Below, piece by piece: positions 33,801 through 45,362 of a stretch of DNA of 64,000 bases. Where the stretch lies: the NCBI RefSeq assembly GCF_032444005.1, contig NC_091289.1:55676001-55740000 (forward strand), in the 5' to 3' direction. This DNA is from Ranitomeya imitator (lineage: Eukaryota). Position 1 is the stretch's first letter. Every line of letters begins with the position of its first letter. Made by a program: the position numbers and the translations under genes. Below the pieces are notes generated by a model. That model had not been told where the DNA came from. It saw only the letters and a program-made list of their open reading frames with translations, and ran no database searches.

Positions 33801-36697
33801 GTCCATCGGTCCACGACCTTCTCATCCTTCTCCGGTCCATCATCTGCGACCTCCTCCTCTGGTCTGTCGGTCAGCGACCTCCTTCTTCTCCGATTCGTGA
33901 CCTCCTCCAGTCTGTTGGACTTCAACCACCTCTTCCACCACCAGTCTGTCGTTCTGCAACCTTCTCCTCTGATCCGCAACTTCCTCCAGTACGTCGTTCT
34001 GCAACTTCCTCCTTTTCCTCCGGTTCGCCGGTCTGTGACCGCCTCCTCCGGTCCTTCGGTCTGCTTCCTCCTCATCCTCCTCCAGTCCATTGGTCCACGA
34101 TCTCTTCCGTCCTCGACCTCCTCCGGCCTGTCAGTCTGCGACCTCCTCCTCCATTCAGTCGGTCTGCCACCTCCTCCTTCTCAGGTCCGTCAGCCTGCAA
34201 TCTCCTCCTCTAGTCCATCTGTCCGCGACCACCTCCGGTCTACTGGTCTGCGACCTCCTCCTTCTTTGGTCCGTTGGTCTACGACCTCCTCCTCTGGTAC
34301 ATCTTTCTGCGATCTCCTTGTCCTCCTACGGTCAGCTGGTCCGCAACCTCCTCCTTCTCCTGTCCGTCACTCTGCAACATCCTCCTCCGGTCCATCGGTC
34401 TGCGACCTCCTCCTCCTTCTCCTCCTGTCCGTCGTTCTGCAATCTCCTCCTCCTGTCCATCGTTCTGCAATCTCCTCCTCCGGTCCGTTGTTCTGCAATC
34501 TCCTCCTCCGGTTCGTCGGTCTGCAACCTCCTCCTCCAAGCCGTCAGACTGCGACCTCCTCCTCCGGTCCGTCGGTCTGCGACTTCCTCCTCCAGTCCGT
34601 CAGTCTGTAATCTCTTCCTTCTCCGGTCCGTCATTCTGAAATCTCCTCATCCATCAGTCTGCAACCTCTCTCCTCTAGTCCGTCGGGCCATGACCTCCTC
34701 CGGTCTGCCGGTTTGCGACCTCCTCCTCTGGTCTGCCGATCTGCAACCTCCTCCTCCAGTCTGCCGATCTGCAACCTCCTCCTCTGGTCCGTTGGTCTGC
34801 AACCTTCTCCTCCAGTCCATTGGTCTACAGATTCCTCCAGTCAGTCGGTCTGTCACATCCTCATCATTCTCCTCCTTTCCATTAGTCTGCAACCTCCTCC
34901 GCTGGTCCGCCAGTCTGCGACCTCCTCGTCCTCCACCTCTTCCTGTCTGTCAGTCAGCGACCAGCTCTTCCACCACCAGTCCGTCATTCTGCGACCCCCT
35001 CCTCCATTGATCTGCAATTTTTTTCTTTGATCCACGACCACCTCCGGTACGTCTTTCTGCGACCTCCACCTTCTCCTACAGTCCATCGGTTCACGACCTC
35101 CTCCTCCGTTCCGTCGGTCAGCGATCTCCCCCTCTAGTCAGTTGGTCTTCAATCTCCACCTCCTCCAGTCTGTCGATCTGCATCCTCCTCCGGTCTGTCG
35201 TTCTGCGACCTCCTACTCTTGCTTCTCCTCTGGTCCGTCTGTCTGCGACCTCCAAATCCGGCCCGTGGGTCTGCGATCTCCTCCTCCTTCGATCCGCTGA
35301 CGTACGACCTCCTCTTATGGTCCATTGGTCTGCAATCTCCTCCTCCGGTCTGTCAGTCCACAACCTCCTCCTCCAGACGTAGGTCTGCAACCTCCTCCTC
35401 TGGAATATATGTCTGTGACCTCTTTATTTTCTTCTGGTCCGATGGTCTGTGACCTCCTTCCCTTCCTCTGGTCAATCGGCCTGCGACCTTTTCCTCTTCT
35501 GATCAGTCGGTCTGCGACCTCGTCCTTTGGTCTCTCAGTCTGCTACCTCCTCCTCCAGTACCTTGGTCTGCTACCTCCTCCTCCTTCAGTCCCTCGGTCT
35601 GCGTCCTTTTCATCCTTCAGTCCGTTGGTCTGTGGCCTCCTCCTCCGGAATGTCAATCTGGCACCTCCTCGTCCTCCTCCGGTCCGACGATCTGCGACCT
35701 CCTGCTTGTTGGTCTGTGACCTCCTCCTCCTGCGGTCTGTCGGTCTGCGACCTCCTCCTCCAGAATGTCGGTCTGGGACCTCCTAGTCTGCCTCTGATCC
35801 GTCAGTCTGCAACCTCCTCCTCCTGCTTGTTGGTCTGCGACTTTTTCCTCCTGCGGTCTGTCGGTCCGGGACCTTCTCCTCCTCCTGCAGTCCATCGATC
35901 TGCGAACTCCTCCTCCTGTTTCCTCCTCCTCCTCACCCATTGGTCTGCGACCACCTCCTATTCTTGCCCGTCAGTCTGCGACCTCCTTCTCTTGCCCGCG
36001 ACCTCCTCCTCAGTTTACGACCTCCTTCTCCTGCCTGTGACTTCCTCGTCTGCAGAATCAGACAGTCTAAATGTATGCATAGATGTTTTGTTACACAGAA
36101 AATTTTAATGTCTACTTGCTAGTTGTTTAAAAAAAAAAATCAATATAAAAATTAAATTAAGATAAAAAAAAACTTTTTTTAATGATATCTCCTAGTAACT
36201 TCCGCCATAAATTTTTTGCAGATGTACACACTGGCTTTTTGTAATGTGTGACAATGAGCCCACCATGCAGTGCAGGTGCTGGCTGTGATCGGTCGCACCA
36301 GTTTTGTCGGGCGCATTCTTTCTGAGCTAACTCTGATCACAACATTACATAAATCATTTCTGGCTTCCATTTCCTTGACCATCCATTCCCTCGGGGAATG
36401 TTACATGTTACAGCTTCACTTCTTTGGAGACTGTCGTTTTACAATAGATTTTAATAATACAGTATTGTAGTGTATTGTATACCTTTTGAAACAACATATT
36501 CATGTTTCAATTGCATCAGTGCACACATATTTCCTCCCACTAAATAGTTGTATCCCACACAGTTATGATGTACAATAACAAATTATTTTGTGGTACCATG
36601 TCATCCAGAAATAATGAGGTAAATACTTCTATGTCGAAAAATGAAAAAAGTATTCTAGGAGTGATCATTTTTTCTGGCTAGACAATAAAGGTATGTT

Positions 36698-36736
36698 TGC
36701 AAGCCTTCAGAACATAGAGGCTCCTTCTTCAGGCAG
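36698..36736 (-). ncRNA. Decayed Penelope-type minimal hammerhead motif
   Basis: Minus strand TGC-CTGAAGA-A-GGAGC-CTCTAT-GTTCT-GAAG-GC-TT-GCA gives core, stem II and a 3-bp stem I. GAAA is mutated to GAAG. Confidence 0.5.
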
Positions 36737-36925
36737 GTTTACAAATGAATGATTCATTAGCTGGGTAGAAAGGCAAAATGAGCAATTGTAAGTACACATT
36801 GCTATATAATATGATAATTGCAATATATTGAGAGGATGAAAACTTTGATGTGAGTGCTTCAAGTCGTAAAATAAATAGTCGTAACAAATATATACATACA
36901 TTATAGCGCTATGAGGCGTATCTAA

Positions 36926-37242
36926 GGCTACGTTCACATTAGCGTTACGCTAATGTGCGTCGCTGTTGCGTCGGCGACGCAGCGGCGACGCGCCCCTATG
37001 TTTAACATAGGGGACGCGTGCGTTTTTTTGTTTGCGTTTTTCGACATGTGCGTCGTTTTCGACGCTAGCGTCGGACGCACGAAAATGCAACAAGTTGCAT
37101 TTTTCGTGCGTCCGATTTTCGTCAAAAAACGACGCACGCGTCGCAAAACGCAGCGTTTTTGCGCGCGTTTTTGTTGCGTCGCGCGTTGCGTCGCCGTTGC
37201 GTCGCCGACGCACCGGCGCGCAACGCTAATGTGAACGTAGCC
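36926..37242. mobile_element. PIF/Harbinger-type MITE
   Basis: TIR GGCTACGTTCACATTAGCG, TAA duplicated on both flanks, palindromic body. Confidence 0.9.
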
Positions 37243-37279
37243 TAAGGAGGACGCAGGCGGAGCAACTAACAGAATCTCT

Positions 37280-37612
37280 TAAAGGTATCATCCTATTTAA
37301 AAAATTCTAGTGATTTTCTCAAAGCATTAACTAGCATAGACTGGCAAGAGGATTTTTCTTTATATTGATGTACAAAGCCTCTACACAAGGATCCCACAGA
37401 AATTGGGGATCGAGGATATAAAGAACGTCCTACAAAATACAAATAAAAGACCGGACTATATTGTATTTGTAATAGAAGCTTTAGCGTTCACTTTATCACA
37501 TAATGCTTTCAAATTTCTGGAGAAGTGGTACCTGCAGCAGGTTGGCACTGCCATAAGTACACCCTTGTCGTGTGTCTTTGCCAATCTATTTTTGCCTTTT
37601 TTGCGAGGATAA
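37280..37612 (+). pseudogene. Penelope-like element reverse transcriptase fragment (frameshifted)
   Basis: Translates to SYLKNSSDFLKAL...IDVQSLYTRIP...NAFKFLEKWYLQQVGTAISTPLSCVFANLFL, matching PLE RT motifs DVxSLYTxIP and GTAMG...ANLF. Confidence 0.8.
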
Positions 37613-37645
37613 ATACATTACTTGTCAATTTAACACCTACCTTAA

Positions 37646-38050
37646 AGGGAACCTGTCACCCCGTTTTTTGAGATTGAGCTATAAATACTGTTAAATAGGG
37701 CCTGCGCTGTGTGTTCCTATAGTGTATGTAGTGTACCCCGATTCCCCATGTATGCTGAGAAATAACTTACCAAAGTCGCCGTTTTCGCCTGTCAATCAGG
37801 CTGGTCAGGTCGGGAGGGCGTGGTGACATCGGTGGTTCTTCCTCAGCTTTACGTTGGTGGCGTAGTGGCGTAGTGGTGAAGACACAGCGCGCGATCTGCG
37901 CTGTAATCCCTTGCATCGGTGGGGGCGGCCATCTTCCTGGGGCCGCGCGTGCGCAGATCGAGTGCTCTGCTGCACGGGGCTTCAGGAAAATGTCCGCGGG
38001 ATGCCGCGCGTGCGCATTAGAGATCGCGGCGGCCATTTTCCCAAAGCCGG
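37646..38050. mobile_element. Truncated Kolobok/T2-type MITE (left part)
   Basis: TTAA|AGGGAACCTGTCACCCC start, the same terminus as 38982-39960. No right end found. Confidence 0.65.
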
Positions 38051-38981
38051 AGTAATTATGCAACTGGACCCATAAAAGCATTGGACTAATGCAAAACGCC
38101 CGTTGTCCTGTCTCTTTCTCTCCTCACATTCCTCTAAAACCTGCACAACCTGTCCATATCTCAAAGTAAGGAATAAAGGGCTAAAATGTTTTATCGATTT
38201 GGTGAGTGCCACATATTTTTTACACTATTGTTGCACATTTTAGTCTTTCTTGTCGAGCACCTGTTACAAGGGGCGGATTATAATGAGGTCAATGGGCGGT
38301 AGCCCAGGGCCCAGTGGTGTGGGGGGGCCCTGGGCTACTGCTCAGATTGACCGCCATCAGGGCATTACTGCCCTGACTGGCGTATTGGCCCGCTGGGCAG
38401 AGGGGGCCCGTATCGGGCCCCGTCGTCTGCTCATCGGGCCCCTACCTGCGCTGCGGCAGTTTAACGCTATTGACGTGCGGGTCCGCGCCCGCACATCAAT
38501 AGTTAACAATGCATAGGCAGCATCAATAGTAAAACCTTGGTCACACTTGTCAAACACTATGTTTGACAAGTGTAACCAACCTGTCAATCAGTTTCCAAAC
38601 GATGCTACAGATCGCTTGCAAAATGCTAGTGTTTAGCAGGAATACGCATGCCAATTCCGCATGCGTTTTTCCCGTGGCAGGGAGTTCTGGAATTGCCACG
38701 GAAATTTCAGCGGCAATTCCGGACGTGTGCACATAGCCTAAAGGGGATCTCACACATTTTGTGTTTTTTGGTCTGGAAAGAGTCCTTATCCCCAAACGTG
38801 ATGGAAATTGGCACAAACCTCTCATCACCAGAAAGGCATATTGGGTTTTATGTTTAGATACAAAATATCCAAAAGGAATGAACTTTAAAAATGATGTATT
38901 TTATATTTATTGATTTGCACTTTCGTGCTTTAGTGTGATTGCTAATGCTGCTGTCAGTTTTTGTGCACACCTTGTGCTTAA

Positions 38982-39960
38982 AGGGAATCTGTCACCCCAA
39001 AAATGGCCTATAAACTAAGCCCACCAGCATCAGAGGCTTATCTACAGCATTCTATAATGCTGTAGATAAGCCCCCGATGTATCCTGAAAGATAAGAAAAA
39101 TAAGTAAAGGTACCGTCACACTCAGCGACGCTGCAGCGATATAGACAATGAGCCGATCGCTGCAGCGTCGCTGTTTAGGTCGCTGTAGAGACGTCAAACA
39201 CAGCAGCTCCAGAACGATGCAGGAGCGATCCAGTGACGTAACGGCGACTCACTTATCGTTCTCGCTGGTTGTTAGCTCCATGTAAAACATTGCTGGCATC
39301 GTTGCTTTTGATGTCAAACATGACGATACACGCCGACCTGACGACCAAATAAAGTTCTGGACTTCTAGCTCCGACCAGCGATGGCACAGCGGGATCCAGA
39401 TCGCTGCTGCGTGTCAAACACAACGAGATCGCTATCCAGGACGCTGCAACGTCACGGATCGTTGTCGTTCTCGTTGTAAAGTTGCTGAGTGTGACGGTAC
39501 CTTTAGATTATACTCACCCAGGGGTGGTCCCACTACGGTCCGGTCCGATGGGCATCGCGGTCCGGATCCGGCGCCTCCCATCTTCATACGATCACGTCCT
39601 CTTCTTGCCACGGCTCCGGCGCAGGCATACTTTGTCCTGTTGAGGGCAGAGCAAAGTACTGCAGTGCGCAGGGAAAGGTCAGAGAGGCCCAGCGCCTGCG
39701 TACTGCAGAACTTTTCTCTGCCCTCAACAGGGCAGACAAAGTACGCCTGGGCAGGAGCCACGGCAAGAAGACAAGAAGAGGACGTCATCGTATGAAGATG
39801 GGAGGTGCTGGACCGCCCCTGGGTGAGTATAATATAACCTGTTTTTCTCATCTTTCAGGATACATCGGAGGCTTATCTACAGCATTACAGAATGCTGTAG
39901 GTAAGTCCCTGATGCTGTTGGCCTAAGTTTATAAGCCATTTTTGGGGTGACAGATTCCCT
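38982..39960. mobile_element. Kolobok/T2-type MITE carrying a nested Harbinger MITE
   Basis: TTAA|AGGGAATCTGTCACCCC...GGGGTGACAGATTCCCT|TTAA. Body matches 2822-3394. Confidence 0.9.
39108..39502. mobile_element. PIF/Harbinger-type MITE nested in the Kolobok MITE
   Basis: TIR AGGTACCGTCACACT, flanks TAA and TTA. It interrupts the host motif GGTTAGATTATACTCACCC seen intact near 2900. Confidence 0.85.
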
Positions 39961-40053
39961 TTAATTACATAATTTCTTTCATGTCTAATTGGACTACTTC
40001 CTATACAGTATATATTTCTAGCCTGCATTCTTGTACTGACATCCTAAGAGTAA

Positions 40054-40251
40054 GGCTGGAGTCACACTGCTGTATTTCTCGTGCGATAATCGCATCGCAC
40101 TGCATGGACTGGCCGTCACCTCTCCTGACCTGAGCATGACAGCATGATGGATTACTATGCAGATGTCAAGCTCAGGTCAGGAGAGCAGACAGCCAGTACA
40201 AGATTTACGATGCGATACTCGCAGGAGAAATATGGCAGTGTGACTCCAGCC
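40054..40251. mobile_element. PIF/Harbinger-type MITE
   Basis: TIR GGCTGGAGTCACACTGC, TAA on both flanks. Confidence 0.88.
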
Positions 40252-40749
40252 TAAGGGTGCAATTATCACGCAATTATCAGATTTTTTTTATTCCTTTTAA
40301 CATGACTTAATTATGACTACAGTTTTTTTTGTATTTTACCTGGATGGTGTACTGACAAGAATCCTTTTCCTTCGTACATTGCGGCTGTCCTCACCAGCGG
40401 GATCAGCACTCACCTGTGGTTTCATTAATTCCAGCCTCAGTAGGATCCCATTTTCACTACATGGAAGCTCCCTGACTCTCCTCCCTACAGTTAATTCTAT
40501 ATTTGCTGTATTGATAATGGTCTTTTAAAATGGATTTTTTAACAATAAAAGTAACATTTTTTTTAATTTTTATTCTGTAGATATATGGATCAGGATCACA
40601 TACTAGAGCATTTCAATATGTCAGATTAGTGTGTGTGTATCTTATACAAGATTTCATATTCTGCCACCATTGTTGGGTTATTTCCCTTAGTAACGTCTTA
40701 GAGAACCTGGCTGCAAGATTTTGCTAAGTAAACTAGCAATTGAATAAAA

Positions 40750-41700
40750 TGTTACCTGTGGTGAAGAAATCCGTTTTGTGGTTCTTGTGAAATTTCTCAC
40801 TCTGTGAGCGGTGACATCAGTAAGGTTACCTCGGTTCATTGGCTATGAACTGTGATAACCTTAGTGACGTCACCGCTCTTTGCAGCAGCTGGCTTCACAC
40901 GCTAATGTCAGTGTGTTCCGGCTCTTGCGCTGAGCAGTCACATTACTGATGTCACTGCTCAGCACTGCATCTGCATGTAGCAGAATTGGGCATTGAAGTG
41001 GGACATAGGATGGATTTACGGCTAACCCCTTTGGATTATTAGATTTTTTAAAAAGGTAATAAATGGGTTGGAGTGGGTTGGGGAGTGATTTGCACAAATA
41101 AAAGACTTTTCTTTTGCTTTAAACTCATGGGGTTAGTAATGGGTGTATCTTATAGACGCCTCTTCATTCCCTGAGCTTGATGTCAGCGGACATTACAAAG
41201 CTGACATCAACCCCAAAATGTCACTTGCTTGCCAACACACCAGGGCTAGCGGGAAGAGCCAGGAAGAGTGCAAGAATTGGCGCATCTAATGGATGCGCCT
41301 TTTCTGGGGTGGCCGTGGGTTACTATTTTTAGGCTGAGGAGGGCCAAATATCTTTAGACCTTCTCAGCCTGAGAGTACCAGCCCCCAGCTGTCTGCTTTA
41401 GCAAGGCTGGTAATCAAAAATGGGGGGACCGCACGCCATTTTTTTTTTCAAATGATCTATTTAAAGAATTTTAAAAACCTGCGTGAGGGCTCCTCTATTT
41501 TTGATAACCATCCCGGATAAACCGGATAGCTGAGCAATGCAGCCCGCAGCTGTCTGGTTTACCTGTTTACCTGCACTTGTTCTAAAAAATAGAGGGGATC
41601 CCTCGTCATTTTTTTTCTTTTTTTTTTTCTTTCCCTTTACATGGTTCGCCACCCAATTACAGCCATGCCAATACTTAACATGGCTGTGATGGCGCTGGAA
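40750..41700 (+). mobile_element. Unclassified interspersed repeat, related to about 56470-58790; boundaries approximate
   Basis: Shared blocks between 41130-41560 and 57850-58260, for example TTAGTAATGG...GTGACATCAA...GCCTTTTCTG...CTATTTTTAG...GCAGCCCGCAGCTGTCTG. Confidence 0.5.
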
Positions 41701-41784
41701 GTGCCCACACAGGAAAAGCTTGTTGATTGGTTGCGCTGCAGCCTTTCAACAAGCTTTGTTCGGTTTGCCAAACCCAAACAGTAA

Positions 41785-42096
41785 GGCTACTTTCACACTA
41801 GCGTTGTGTGACGTACGACGCAATGCGTCATTTTGGAGAAAAAAACGCATCCTGCAAAGTTGCCCGCAGGATGCGTTTTTTTTCCATAGACTTGTATTAG
41901 CCGACGCATTGCGACGTATGGCCACACGTCGCATCCATCGTGCGACGGATGCGTCATGTTTGGCGGACCTTCGGCACAAAAAAAGTTGCATGTAACTTTT
42001 TTTGTGCGTCGTGTCCGCCATTTCCGACCCCGTTGTTCATTTTTTTCGCAGTTTGCATGGCGACGGCCCCGTACCGACGCTAGTGTGAAAGTAGCC
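41785..42096. mobile_element. PIF/Harbinger-type MITE
   Basis: TIR GGCTACTTTCACACTAGCG, TAA on both flanks. Confidence 0.9.
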
Positions 42097-43085
42097 TAAC
42101 ATTAACTTCCGGAAGAAGTCAGTTTTCGGGGTCCGTGCACGGACCTCTAGGTGTCCAGTATGGACCCTGAATATTACTATTCGAGTTTGCCCATCTCTTC
42201 TGCCAATAGTTTCACTCCAAATGGAATTCCTTGTGCGTTGTGGCTAAGCGTAATGTTGAATTACTGCTACCTTATAAATTATGTCTCAATGGGTCCATTC
42301 TTACTGGATGGTGTGAAATTTGGTTATAAATTTAGGTTTTATTGCCCTCTAGTCACCAACCAACAGCATTCCTTAGATCAACTTATAGTAACATTATAGG
42401 ATGCACCTCTTCAATTATAGTACATAACAACTCCCAGAGACCAAAGTCCTAGGGATGCAAACTGGTGCAAATTAATATGCAAAAAATTATTAAATCATTT
42501 TTATTTAGATATGTTTAAAATAACAATATCGGGCAGATTAAAAACCACAATTGACTCGATGGATTGCACTGGGTGGAGGACCACCGTACTGAATCAATGT
42601 CATACAATAGTACGTATTAAAACGGTATATGTAGTTTACATCACCAATGGTGGCATACATGAGAGGGCAACCTAGTGTTCTAGTTCTATATATTGCAGAA
42701 TTCAGAGCCTATTAGGTGCATTCACCCATTATATAGTCATCTGATCACAGACCTTATACTAACTCTCATGTATACTAAGGTTGAATGGTGCAAAGATTGT
42801 CTACACAGTTTACCTTTCAGACAGGTGCTTAGGTGCCGAATTATAGTCAGTATATCAATACATGTCACAGTAAGCAATTGGAGAATTTTTTTTTTCAATT
42901 GCCATAGTATATTGATAAGCCACCTAATCATGGATTCAAAAGTGCGTAGGGCTGAGAGATCAATTATCTATGCACTGTGCAAGATCAAATAAACACAATT
43001 GTAGGGATAGCATTAGCTAAATTTTAAACAAACATGTTCTATACAGACCAGTAAAGAAAATGGGCTTACCCAGTGCAGTCCTGAG

Positions 43086-43119
43086 CCCCAACACACGTTT
43101 CACCCTGCTTCCTCAGGGG
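43086..43119 (-). ncRNA. Decayed Penelope-type minimal hammerhead motif
   Basis: Minus strand CCC-CTGAGGA-A-GCAGGGT-GAAAC-GTGTG-TT-GGGG. Stem II and the palindromic loop appear eroded by CpG decay. Confidence 0.45.
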
Positions 43120-43139
43120 CTATGTGTTACTAAGAATTA

Positions 43140-44595
43140 TCTACTATATAATTGTCTAAGGGTCACTTCCGTCTGTCCTTCTTTCTGTCGCGGATATTCA
43201 TTGATCGCGGCCTCTGTCTGTCATGGAAATCCAAGTCGCTGATTGGTCATGGCAAAACGCCCACGACCATTGCTATGACCGACCAATCAGCGACGGGCAC
43301 AGTCCGCTGGCAAAATGGCCGCTCCTTCCTCCCCGCAGTCAGTGCCCGCTCCTTACTCCCCTCCAGTCAGCCCTCACACAGGGTTAATGCCAGCATTAAT
43401 GGACCGCGGTGTAACGCACTCCATTAACGCAGCTATTAACCCTGTGTGACCAACTTTTTAATATTGATGCTGCGTATGCAGCATCAATAGTAAAAAGATC
43501 TAATGATACAAATAATAATAATAATTTAAAAATAAACGTTATTCTCACCCTCCGACGTGGCGCTGTCCTCGGCAGTGCAAGCGGCAGGTTCCGGTGCTAA
43601 GGATGCTATGCGAGAAGGACCTGCCATGATGTCACAGTCATGTGACCGCGACGTCATCACAGGTCCTGCGCTCATACCAACCCTGGGACCGGAAGCTGCC
43701 GCGTGCACCGCACACAGGCACCAGGACTTCAAGGGGCCTTCGGAAGGTGAGTATATGTTTATTTTTTATTTTAAGTCTTTTTTTAACCTGTTACATACAT
43801 GACTGGGCAATATACTACGTGACTGGGCAGTATACTACATGTCTGTGCTGTATACTACGTGGCTCTGTGCTGTATACTACGTGGCTGTGCAATATACTAC
43901 GTGGCTGGGCAATATGCTACGTGGCTGGGCAATATACTACGTGGCTGGGCAATATACTACGTGGCTGGGCAATATACTACGTGGCTGGGCAATATACTAC
44001 GTGGCTGGGCAATATACTATGTGGCTGGGCAATATGCTACGTGGCTGGGCAATATACTATGTGGCTGGGCAATATACTACGTGGCTGGGCAATATACTAT
44101 GTGGCTGGGCAATATACTATGTCGCTGGGTAATATACTACGTAGCTGGGCAATATAGTATGTGACTGGGTAATATACTACGTGGCTGGGCAATATACTAC
44201 GTCGCTGGGCAATATACTATGTGGCTGGGCAATATAGTATGTGACTGGGCAATCTACTACGTGGCTGGGCAATATACTACGTGGCTGGGCAATATAGTAT
44301 GTGACTGGGCAATCTACTACGTGGCTGGGCAATATACTACGTGACTGGGCAATATACTACGTGGGCTGTGCAATATACTACGTAGCTGGGCAATATACTA
44401 CGTGACTGGGCAATATACTTCGTGGCTGGGCAATATACTACGTGGCTGGGCAATATACTACGTGACTGGGCAATATACTACGTGGCTGGGCAATATACTA
44501 CGTGGCTGGGCAATATACTACGTGGCTGGGCAATATACTACGTGGACATGCATATTCTAGAATACCCGATGCGTTAGAATCGGGCCACCATCTAG
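43140..44595 (+). mobile_element. Non-autonomous Helitron with internal minisatellite
   Basis: A|TC start and CTAG|T end. Subterminal hairpin CCCGAT-GCGTTAGA-ATCGGG. No TSD. A second copy lies inverted at 48547-49686. Confidence 0.88.
43800..44545. repeat. 20-bp minisatellite (TATACTACGTGGCTGGGCAA)n inside the Helitron
   Basis: About 37 near-identical units. Confidence 0.97.
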
Positions 44596-44915
44596 TTGTA
44601 GATAAATGCAATGTTTCCATATTGTAATCGCATACCAAAGCCTGAAGCCTCTTTTTTCAGAATTAAGAGTCTTGCTTTTAGTAAGTAAATTCTGTCCCCT
44701 TTTGTAAAAGTTTATAAACTCCAGCAGTAAGAATTACCGGTAGATACTTTGTTCTATTTTATCCTGTGAATAGATAACTTGCTAAGTGATCACACTCTCC
44801 TCTTTTGGGGTTTGCCTGCTGGGAAATGCTACTTCTCCATTTATTGTTTTGGGACTGCTGGAGATGGCAGAATGCTACAGACACTGAGGAGGGCAGTAAT
44901 CTCCAACCTTTCTTA

Positions 44916-45109
44916 GGCCGGGTCCACACTTGCGTTTGGCTCGTCTGCGTATGGCCGCATACTTCCTCCCTTAAGTTCCGCCTACGCTACGCCTACTTCC
45001 GCATGCCCGTTTTGACAACATTTTGCAGAAGCAGGCGGAGCGTAGGCGGAGCTTTAGGGAGGAAGTACGCGGCCATACGCAGACGAGCCAAACGCAAGTG
45101 TGGCGAGCC
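44916..45109. mobile_element. PIF/Harbinger-type MITE (right end degenerate)
   Basis: TTA|GGCCGGGTCCACACTTGCGTTTGGCTCG...CGAGCCAAACGCAAGTGTGG inverted arms. Confidence 0.75.
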
Positions 45110-45362
45110 ACATTCAGCTCTGAGAGAGGGTCGCGAGCCACATCCAGATCCCCCTCGGAGTAGTGACATCCTGCTCCTGACCTCCCCCGAAGTCAGGTCA
45201 CCCAAAACCCCACTCTTATAATGACAGCCAAAGCTTTCCCATAGAAATTAAACTGAGGCCGTATACTTATATCCAGTGGTTGTCTACTTATTGCGATTCA
45301 GTATTCTTGCATCAAGCACTCCCACCACTCTATCACATCCAGCTTAAAGAATCACCTGTGAA

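Larger units (their letters stand above)
11051..36052. repeat. Pyrimidine-rich variable-unit tandem array, type B (anchor GTCGGTCTGCGACCTCC plus (TCC)n linkers)
   Basis: Anchor variants TCTGCGACC, TCTGCAACC, TCTGTGACC and CGTTCTGCAATCTCC. Interrupted by LTR elements at 14230-19932 and 27041-30820. Higher-order duplications of about 1.1 kb, 1575 bp and about 1.7 kb. Confidence 0.95.

Noticed and set aside
3983-36052. CRISPR-like appearance (constant anchors with variable spacers)
   Set aside because: The spacers are low-complexity TCC runs related to each other and not unique. There are no cas genes, and the context is eukaryotic.
3964-36108. Dozens of long Ser/Pro/Leu-rich (+) and Arg/Asp/Glu/Gly-rich (-) ORFs up to 578 aa in the TCC arrays
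   Set aside because: The C/T-rich strand rarely forms stop codons. Frames overlap on both strands and cycle with non-triplet unit length. There are no domains, splice signals or ATG-context support.
40410-40480. Possible minus-strand exon (TAG acceptor, CAG|GTGAGT donor)
   Set aside because: Two frames are closed, the open frame resembles nothing I recognise, and no partner exons were found.
42810-42870. RHLSTCLK|G with a minus-strand donor, superficially like a C22orf23 exon end
   Set aside because: Upstream residues do not resemble the expected MKESKLT-type motif, there is no clear acceptor, and the donor is weak.
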